Shown here: positions 56,917-64,000 of the stretch, one piece after another
Position numbering within the stretch: the stretch's first letter is position 1
Layout of the letters: every line of letters starts with the position of its first letter
Origin: Candidatus Atabeyarchaeum deiterrae
GTDB taxonomy: Archaea; Asgardarchaeota; Atabeyarchaeia; Atabeyarchaeales; Atabeyarchaeaceae
Assembly (NCBI GenBank): GCA_037310415.1
Contig: CP147780.1
Span: 832,001 to 896,000, forward strand
DNA: 64,000 bases
Direction: 5' to 3'
Translations under genes and position numbers: made by a program
Notes under the pieces: generated by a model
The model's database searches: none
What the model was told of the DNA's origin: nothing
The model's input: only the letters and a program-made list of their open reading frames with translations

Positions 56917-57597
56917 TTGGAACGAAAAATGATCAAACTTGAAGACGTCTCGAAAATCTACCTTTTCGGCAAGAGAAAGATAGTAGCTTTGAGCAACATC
57001 GACCTAGAGGTCGAAGAAGCAGAATTCCTTGCAATCAAAGGACCATCCGGAGCTGGCAAAAGCACTCTTCTCAATATCATCGCTGGGCTAGATACCCCAA
57101 CAACTGGAAAAGTGAAAGTCCTAGACGAGGAGATGGAAACCGCTAGTGAAGACTTCCTTTCAGCATTCCGTTCCGCTAATTTGGGATTCGTTTTTCAAAA
57201 CTACAACCTGATTTCAACGTTCACAGCCATCGAGAACGTGGAGTTTCCTCTCGAGATAAGTGGGAAGAGTTTCGAGCAGTCTGCGAGAGTAGCTAAAACC
57301 CTTCTGCGGCGCATGGGCTTGGAGCATAGAGCTCTGCATCTTCCAGCGCAACTTAGCGGTGGAGAACAGCAACGGCTGGCTTTTGCCAGAGCAATAGCCA
57401 ACGACCCTCCGATTTTGCTTGCCGATGAACCAACTGGAAATCTGGATGAGGCATCAGAGCAGAAAATCGTTGATATTCTTGCTGGACTCAAGCGACATGG
57501 TAAGACGATCATTGCATCAACACATGATGAGAATATTCTGAGATTAGCCGACCGAATTGTCTGTCTCAAGGATGGGAGGATCAGTAATGCCCGTTAG
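56917..57597 (+). CDS. ABC transporter ATPase (LolD/MacB-like)
   Basis: Motifs GPSGAGKST, LSGGEQQR, ADEPTGNLD and THD. Confidence 0.93.
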   Translation: MERKMIKLEDVSKIYLFGKRKIVALSNIDLEVEEAEFLAIKGPSGAGKSTLLNIIAGLDTPTTGKVKVLDEEMETASEDFLSAFRSANLGFVFQNYNLISTFTAIENVEFPLEISGKSFEQSARVAKTLLRRMGLEHRALHLPAQLSGGEQQRLAFARAIANDPPILLADEPTGNLDEASEQKIVDILAGLKRHGKTIIASTHDENILRLADRIVCLKDGRISNAR

Positions 57598-59473
57598 CTC
57601 TCTGCAAGATCTTTGGCGGTCAAAGAACCGCTACTCCTCCAGCATAGCTGCAGCCACGACATCTTTTGCTACTGCCACCTTCACAATCATGTTGGGCACC
57701 TCTATAGGCGTACGCATTGACCTGACCTCCCTTTCCAAGGCATCCGTCGGATTTAGAGGCATATTCTCATCATTCATCCTCATAACCATAGTCTTCTCTT
57801 TCATACTTTCCTTGATAACTTTCACAAACCTGACGGCAACCATGATGAACAATCGATCAAAAGACATTGCCATTCTCAAGGCGTCAGGTGGAAGCATTCA
57901 CAAAATCTATTCCCACTTCATAACCCAGGTTATTGAATTATCACTTATTGTCGGCGGCCTTAGCATATTCATTGGCGTGTTGATATATAGTTTCGTCTAC
58001 TTCATCCTGAACTACTTGCTTGGACTCAGCCTGCAGTTCTCAATACCATCTTTCCAGCTACTCGCTACACTTTTGATACTAATCGTGTCTTGCATCATCT
58101 TTAGCCACAGATATGTTGCTAGAGCTGCAAGAGTCCGAGTAGCTGAGACGTTATCACCTCAGATCCGCAACATCGAAATTCTGAGCACCGAAGGATGGTT
58201 TGAGAGAAGAATCAGTAAGCCTGGGTCGCCAGCTAGAATAGCTTTTAGGAACGTCAAAAGAACAAAACCCTTCGCTCTGAGATTAGCCGCATGCATTTTT
58301 CTTTCAATGATCATAACAACGTCAATAACGGTAGGCGGAGTTGTAGGAGACCAAACTACTGTCAGTTACGTTCGCCGTGCCATCAGTGAAGACTTCATCT
58401 TTGTCGGACACCAAGAAATGTGGGTCCAGTATTCGAGCTTGGTTGGTTTCCAAACATCACCAGCATACAACCCCAACTTCAACTATACGAGAATTGAGTA
58501 CGAGATGAACGCATCAACCATAGCCAATATAGCATTATTGCCTGGTGTGACTGGAGTTGATCCACGTCTCATTTGCGAAACAACCCTCCGCGAACTGAAA
58601 GTTCCAGTGATAACTGGAGAGAATCAATACCAGATGGTTGGCGATGACAGGAGCGCAAAAGTCCTAGTGAGTGGTGTTGAACCAGACAAAGTAATCAGTG
58701 ATTGGCTTATTTCGGGCAGATTCATCAATTCAAGTGATTACCCAAATGTCCCAAGAGCATTCTCAAGAATAGCGATTGGAGACTCACTGGAGACAATCTT
58801 CGAAGACACCACTATTGAGAAGGCCAGCATCCTCGGAAAAGAATTCACCATTGCAGGTTCAGTGCTAGACCCGATAAACTCGGGTTGGACCGTGTATATG
58901 CTGCACAGTGCTCTCGCCAACACAACGCCGACATTTCAAGCATATAATGGATACAACATGGCACTAGTGAGGTGTAATCCTAATAGTTATGCTAGCACGC
59001 TTTCAATCATCCAGAATAACCTTACAAAGTATGGCCTCTCAGCCTTTCCAATGAGACCAGTCGTGCTCGACTTGATCGACTACGTGCATTCAACGTGGCT
59101 GACAGCCCTCGTGCCTGCTATACTCCTAATCTTAACACTGATTCTAAGCGTAATAAGCTACATCAACCTCACTTTTGAGACGGAGAAACGAGACTTCGGC
59201 GTGATGCGAGGAATTGGTGCTACACCGAGACACATTAGGAAGACAATAATGACGCAAGGCATAGTCGTGTCAGCATGGCCCGGCGTCGCTGGGATCCTCA
59301 CAGGTCTAATAATCTCGCTGTGGTTCTTGGTTCCAGCGGCAACGGCGTCCCTCTTGTCAATCATATTGTCAATAGCTCTGCTGTTAGCGCTACTATTCTC
59401 AGCTAGCGTGCTCGCCTCATCAATTATCTCAAGACGTACGTCCCGAAAACCAACTATGGAGATCATTAGATGA
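57587..59473 (+). CDS. FtsX/MacB-like ABC permease
   Basis: Two FtsX-type motifs (RSKDIAILKA.G and RDFGVMRGIGA), multiple TM segments, large extracytoplasmic domain with NxS/T sequons. Confidence 0.8.
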   Translation: MPVSSLQDLWRSKNRYSSSIAAATTSFATATFTIMLGTSIGVRIDLTSLSKASVGFRGIFSSFILITIVFSFILSLITFTNLTATMMNNRSKDIAILKASGGSIHKIYSHFITQVIELSLIVGGLSIFIGVLIYSFVYFILNYLLGLSLQFSIPSFQLLATLLILIVSCIIFSHRYVARAARVRVAETLSPQIRNIEILSTEGWFERRISKPGSPARIAFRNVKRTKPFALRLAACIFLSMIITTSITVGGVVGDQTTVSYVRRAISEDFIFVGHQEMWVQYSSLVGFQTSPAYNPNFNYTRIEYEMNASTIANIALLPGVTGVDPRLICETTLRELKVPVITGENQYQMVGDDRSAKVLVSGVEPDKVISDWLISGRFINSSDYPNVPRAFSRIAIGDSLETIFEDTTIEKASILGKEFTIAGSVLDPINSGWTVYMLHSALANTTPTFQAYNGYNMALVRCNPNSYASTLSIIQNNLTKYGLSAFPMRPVVLDLIDYVHSTWLTALVPAILLILTLILSVISYINLTFETEKRDFGVMRGIGATPRHIRKTIMTQGIVVSAWPGVAGILTGLIISLWFLVPAATASLLSIILSIALLLALLFSASVLASSIISRRTSRKPTMEIIR

Positions 59474-59507
59474 AACCTAGTAGATATTACGTTGGGTGTG
59501 ACCAGAA

Positions 59508-60875
59508 ATGGTGAAGTTGACCACTTACGGTGGAGTCTTTGAGATAGGTGGAAACAAGATACTCCTCCAAGATAGAGGTACAAGAGTCTTCCTGGACTTT
59601 GGTGTGAGCTTTTCTTCCGAAGCCAAGTACTTCAATGGTGGCATAGCTGCGCGCGGCGTGAATGGGGTAGGAGACTACCTAGAGTTCGACTTGCTACCAA
59701 GACTGGAGGGACTATACGCTGAAGAACAAATCAAGCCAACAACGATCCCCTACAAATCCCCAGAATATCAAGGCATACTCATCTCCCACGCACACATAGA
59801 TCACGTTGGCCATACGGATTTCTTGGATGAATCCATTCCAATCTACTGTGGTGAAACATGCAAGAGAATCCTCAGCGCTCTCGAGGAATCGAGTGCCTAC
59901 AAGTACAACTTGGCATCAACAAGATGTTTCAGAACGGGTGACAAGATACGAATAGACGACATTGAGATCGAGCCAATTCACGTCGACCATTCAATTCCCG
60001 GTGCTTACGGATTCATAATTCATACTTCGGAAGGGTGCGTCGTTTACACTGGTGACCTGAGAGTTCACGGAACGGCTGCCCACATGACTGAAGACTTCAT
60101 ATCGAAAGCAGAAGGAGAACGCCCACTAGTCTTGCTGTGCGAGGGAACAAGAGTTGAGCAAAAGGAACAACACAAACTGCATAGTGAATTGGAAGTGCGG
60201 AACAATGCAAGCGAGGTAGTAGCTAACTCCTCAAAACTGATAGCGACGTCATTCTATGGTAGAGACATCGACAGATTAAACACCTTCTACTCTATCGCCG
60301 TAGCCAACCATCGCAAGTTTGCAATACCACTGAAAACGGCGCTTCTACTAAGCAAACTTAAAGGAGACATTCACCTCAAGATCCCTGATGTTGGACACGA
60401 TGATAACGTACTCATCTATAAGAAGAGAAAGAAATCTGGAACATATGATAAGAAAGACTACTTCAACTGGGAGAGACAATTCCTTGACACAGCGGTCGAC
60501 CACAAATGGATCCATGAGAACCAATCAAAAATAATCCTCGCCATCGAACCCCGAGACTTCACAGAACTGATAGACATCAGACCAGAGGCAGGTGGACACT
60601 TCATCTACTCCATGAGCGAGGCTTACACAGAAGTAGAAGCGGTAAATGATGAGGTCCAAAAGAACTGGCTCAATCACTTCAAGATAGAATTCCATCAAAT
60701 CCACGCTTCAGGACATGCTCCACCCGAGGAAATAGGCATGATAATCAAACGCATAAAACCAAAGACGGTAATTCCGATTCACACAGAACACCCAGAGAAA
60801 TTCCAGGAGCTAATACCCAAGGACTCTTCAAGAATCGTGATCTTGAGGATATCAGAGAGCTATAATATGCCGTGA
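59508..60875 (+). CDS. MBL/beta-CASP hydrolase (RNase J-like)
   Basis: Motifs EIGGN, SHAHIDH, VDHSIPG, YTGD, HASGH and PIHTE. Confidence 0.82.
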   Translation: MVKLTTYGGVFEIGGNKILLQDRGTRVFLDFGVSFSSEAKYFNGGIAARGVNGVGDYLEFDLLPRLEGLYAEEQIKPTTIPYKSPEYQGILISHAHIDHVGHTDFLDESIPIYCGETCKRILSALEESSAYKYNLASTRCFRTGDKIRIDDIEIEPIHVDHSIPGAYGFIIHTSEGCVVYTGDLRVHGTAAHMTEDFISKAEGERPLVLLCEGTRVEQKEQHKLHSELEVRNNASEVVANSSKLIATSFYGRDIDRLNTFYSIAVANHRKFAIPLKTALLLSKLKGDIHLKIPDVGHDDNVLIYKKRKKSGTYDKKDYFNWERQFLDTAVDHKWIHENQSKIILAIEPRDFTELIDIRPEAGGHFIYSMSEAYTEVEAVNDEVQKNWLNHFKIEFHQIHASGHAPPEEIGMIIKRIKPKTVIPIHTEHPEKFQELIPKDSSRIVILRISESYNMP

Positions 60876-61134
60876 CCCTTCAGCCTTTTAAAGAAGCAAC
60901 TACAATGGATTCTCTTCTAGGATGTGAAGTTTGTCACGTTGCGCGTCCCTTTCTCGACCTAATCTAGAAACCAGTTGGAGAGACAATTGGAGATACTCGA
61001 AACGCCCGAGTCAGGGGGCTATTCATATAACCTGGCAACAAATCTCGTCAGTGTTAGATTGTTTTAAATACCTTGACAATTTAACCTTTCATCGATTCTA
61101 GTCAAAATCAAAGTCTTGGAGGATTAATTTCAAC

Positions 61135-62358
61135 ATGAAGCTGAACCGTAGTGTTGCTGTGGTAGGCGCGGGCATGACGAAGTTCGGGCGTCACGCTGAC
61201 CTATCTTCCAGAGAACTCTTTGTTGAAGCGTTCAACAAAACGATTGCCTCAGTTGATCGCAATCTTGAACAAAAGATGATCCAAGCGCTGTTCGTCGGAA
61301 ACTTCACAAGTGATCTGTTTGAACATCAAGGCCACACTGCACCACTGATGGCGGACTGGGCCGGTCTCTGTCCAATTCCAGCAACAAGAGTCGAAGGCGC
61401 ATGCGCATCAGGCGGCCTAGCTTTCCGGATGGGAGTACTCGCGATAGCATCTGGACTCTACGACGTCGTTTGTGTAGGCGGATACGAGAAGATGACCGGA
61501 CTTTCGACACCGGCAGCAACCGACGCGCTAGCTTGTGCTAGTGACACATCCTATGAAGGGATCCCAGGCGCAACCTTCCCAGGGCTATATGCCATGATGG
61601 CTGTCGCACATATGAAAAAGTACGGAAGCACGTGGGATATGCTTGCTAAGATCAGCCTCAAGAACCACCGAAACGGTTCGATAAACCCATTAGCGCAGTT
61701 CAACAAATCAATCGAAGACATTGCAAAAGGTAAAGGCTTCACAGATGTGATGAAATTCCTAAATGACATCAAGTCTAACCCTGTTGTAGCTTGGCCCTTA
61801 AGATTGTTTGATTGTAGCCCAATATCGGACGGAGCTGCCGCAGCGATCTTGGTTGCAGCGGACAAAGCAAAGACGTTCACAGACGCACCAGTCTATATTA
61901 TCGGAACGGGTCAAGGTTCAGCCTCAATGGGAATACACGACCGCGAAAACTTCACAACACTACCTTCAGCTATTGAAGCAAGCAAACAAGCATACAGGAT
62001 GGCGGGGGTAACACCAAAAGACATCCAGATAGCTGAAGTTCATGACTGCTTCACTATTGCAGAACTGATCGCTACGGAAGACCTCGGATTCTTCTTAAGG
62101 GGAGAAGGTGGAAAGGCAGCTGCCGAAGGGAGAACTGCAAGAGAGGGCGACAAACCGATTAACACGTCAGGCGGACTCAAATGCAAAGGTCACCCAGTCG
62201 GTGCTTCAGGCGTTGCTCAAATGGTCGAACAATTCGAACAACTCCGAGGAACAGCTGGCGGACGACAAGTGCCTGATGTAGAACTGAGCCTAACGCACAA
62301 TGTTGGAGGAAGTGGGGCCACAGCTGTCGTTCATATTCTTTCAAGAAACAAGCCTTAA
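61135..62358 (+). CDS. Archaeal (SCP2-type) thiolase
   Basis: Motifs EGACASG, DCSPISDGAAA, EVHDCFT, GHPVGA.G and HNVGG.G. Confidence 0.92.
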   Translation: MKLNRSVAVVGAGMTKFGRHADLSSRELFVEAFNKTIASVDRNLEQKMIQALFVGNFTSDLFEHQGHTAPLMADWAGLCPIPATRVEGACASGGLAFRMGVLAIASGLYDVVCVGGYEKMTGLSTPAATDALACASDTSYEGIPGATFPGLYAMMAVAHMKKYGSTWDMLAKISLKNHRNGSINPLAQFNKSIEDIAKGKGFTDVMKFLNDIKSNPVVAWPLRLFDCSPISDGAAAAILVAADKAKTFTDAPVYIIGTGQGSASMGIHDRENFTTLPSAIEASKQAYRMAGVTPKDIQIAEVHDCFTIAELIATEDLGFFLRGEGGKAAAEGRTAREGDKPINTSGGLKCKGHPVGASGVAQMVEQFEQLRGTAGGRQVPDVELSLTHNVGGSGATAVVHILSRNKP

Positions 62359-62385
62359 TAACAAGAGAATGGAGGTCTTAGAGCG

Positions 62386-62784
62386 TTGATAGAAACACAA
62401 CCGAGTTTCTCAGTTCAATCATTTTACGATTTCCTCAGCAAGCGGAAACTCATGGGCGTGAAATGTTTGAAATGCAGCACGGTCTTCACACCGCCAAGAC
62501 CAACTTGCACTCACTGCAGTTCAACGAGACTCCGGTGGACAGAACTAAGTGGAAAAGGAAAACTTGCGACCTTCACCGTGATCCATGTGGGACCAGCCGA
62601 GCTGGCTAGTGAGACACCATACATAGTTGGAGTAGTGCAGCTTGACGAAGGACCAAAAGTGTCATGCAGAGTCATAGGATTAGCTACAGACAAGCCTGAA
62701 TCAATAAGAATTGGATCACCGATGCTCGTCGACTTCATAATAAAGGGTGAAAAGGTTGTCCTAGCTTTTCGCCCAGCAATCTGA
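62386..62784 (+). CDS. DUF35 Zn-ribbon/OB-fold thiolase partner
   Basis: CLKC...PPR..CTHC plus OB-fold pattern; follows the thiolase. Confidence 0.9.
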   Translation: MIETQPSFSVQSFYDFLSKRKLMGVKCLKCSTVFTPPRPTCTHCSSTRLRWTELSGKGKLATFTVIHVGPAELASETPYIVGVVQLDEGPKVSCRVIGLATDKPESIRIGSPMLVDFIIKGEKVVLAFRPAI

Positions 62785-62856
62785 AAGCAGGCAAGCTATC
62801 GACGGAAAGCTAGCTAGGAGAATAGAGAACAAAAGGAGTCACTATGGCCTGTTTCC

Positions 62857-63990
62857 CTAGCCCAACTCACCGCGAGAGACTATTAATCTCTGAATTTCTG
62901 ACGTTCCTTCGGCGATTTCAGCCATCTTTGCATCACGCATGTGTCTCTCAACTTCATACTCTTTGCTGTACCCGTACCCACCGTGGATCTGGACGGCCTT
63001 AGTCGTTGTTCTTAGTGCCATCTCCGCTGCAAAGATCTTAGCCATTGCAGCTTCCGCGGTGAACTTTTCACCTTTATCCATGAGCCATGCTACCCTATAG
63101 GTGAGTAGACGCGAAGCATCGATCTCGGTTGCCATGTCAGCTATCATGAATTGTATTGCTTCTTGTTTTGCTATCGGCTGTCCGAATTGAACCCGCTCCT
63201 TGGAGTATTTCTTAGCTTTGTCAAATGCTGCTCTTGCTATACCTGTAGCCATCGCTGCAACGCCAACTCTTCCCGCCTCGAAAGCCATCATGGCGACCTT
63301 GAATCCATCTTGGCTCAACAGGTTCTCTTTGGATACTTCGCAATCTCTGAATATCAGCTCACCCGTTGAGCACCCGCGGACTCCCATCTTATCTTCAATC
63401 TTCCCAAATGAGAATCCTGGCGTGTCCTTCTCAACGATAAACGCCTGTATCCCTTTGTGTTTCTTTTCTGGATCAATTGTTGCAAAAACTAGGTAGATAT
63501 CAGCTTCGCTGGCGTTAGTTATGAATGTCTTAGTCCCATTGAGCACATACTTTCCGCCACGTAGTGCCACCTTGGTCTGAATTGCAGCTGCATCAGAACC
63601 AGCCGCGGGCTCCGTGTAACCTATCGCGCCGATCTTCTCACCTTTGGCAAGTGGAGTCAGATATTTTTTTTTCTGATCGCTGTTTCCGAAAATGTAGATT
63701 GGATTCGCGGCGGCCAGAGCGTGCACAGACACTATGAACCCTGTTGAGGCACAGGCATATGACAGTTCCTCGACTGCCAAGATCATACTAAGGTAATCCG
63801 CTCCAGCTCCACCGAACTCAGTGGGAAAGGGGACTCCCATTAGACCTTTGTCAGCGATCTTCCTGGTGTTCTCACGTGGAAATGCGCCGGTTGAATCAAT
63901 CTCCGCGGCATTTGGATATATCTCCTTCTGAGCAAACTCCCGAACCATTTCCCTCATCATCTTCTGCTCCTCAGTAAGGCCGAAATCCAT
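62857..63990 (-). CDS. Acyl-CoA dehydrogenase (short/branched-chain type)
   Basis: Motifs TEPAAGSD, NGTKTFITN, ERVQFG, QIHGGYGY and EGTSEIQR. Confidence 0.94.
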   Translation of the reverse strand: MDFGLTEEQKMMREMVREFAQKEIYPNAAEIDSTGAFPRENTRKIADKGLMGVPFPTEFGGAGADYLSMILAVEELSYACASTGFIVSVHALAAANPIYIFGNSDQKKKYLTPLAKGEKIGAIGYTEPAAGSDAAAIQTKVALRGGKYVLNGTKTFITNASEADIYLVFATIDPEKKHKGIQAFIVEKDTPGFSFGKIEDKMGVRGCSTGELIFRDCEVSKENLLSQDGFKVAMMAFEAGRVGVAAMATGIARAAFDKAKKYSKERVQFGQPIAKQEAIQFMIADMATEIDASRLLTYRVAWLMDKGEKFTAEAAMAKIFAAEMALRTTTKAVQIHGGYGYSKEYEVERHMRDAKMAEIAEGTSEIQRLIVSRGELG

Positions 63991-64000
63991 TCTACACTCA

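Overview
Gene-dense archaeal window. An Asgard-type profilin and a Roadblock/LC7 gene point to an Asgard archaeon (inference). Energy metabolism dominates. The H4MPT Wood-Ljungdahl genes are fwdB, mtd, ftr, cdhABCDE and mer. Alongside them are three MetF and two MetV paralogues, a cooC-hdrCB-hdrA-mvhDGA cluster, IorAB, an ADP-forming acyl-CoA synthetase alpha subunit, a B12 acyl-CoA mutase with isobutyryl-CoA-mutase signature residues, and thiolase/DUF35/acyl-CoA dehydrogenase. The main signal missing from the ORF track is a 49-codon gene (45455-45604, minus strand) with an in-frame TGA. It supplies the C-terminal Ni-binding motif that MvhA lacks, so it is a VhuU-type selenopeptide of a split [NiFeSe] hydrogenase. 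It is followed by two eukaryote-like SECIS hairpins, the first built on the gene's own UGA stop codon. Other notable items: a duplicated corrinoid-binding domain in CdhE, degenerate MetF paralogues (one co-oriented with iorAB), two tandem uncharacterised Pol-beta nucleotidyltransferases, decay of archaeal mevalonate-pathway genes, a propeptide-less proteasome beta subunit, and probable ACG/ATT/CTG start codons. I found no rRNA, tRNA, CRISPR array or intact mobile element. All calls come from reading motifs by eye; no searches or folding programs were run.
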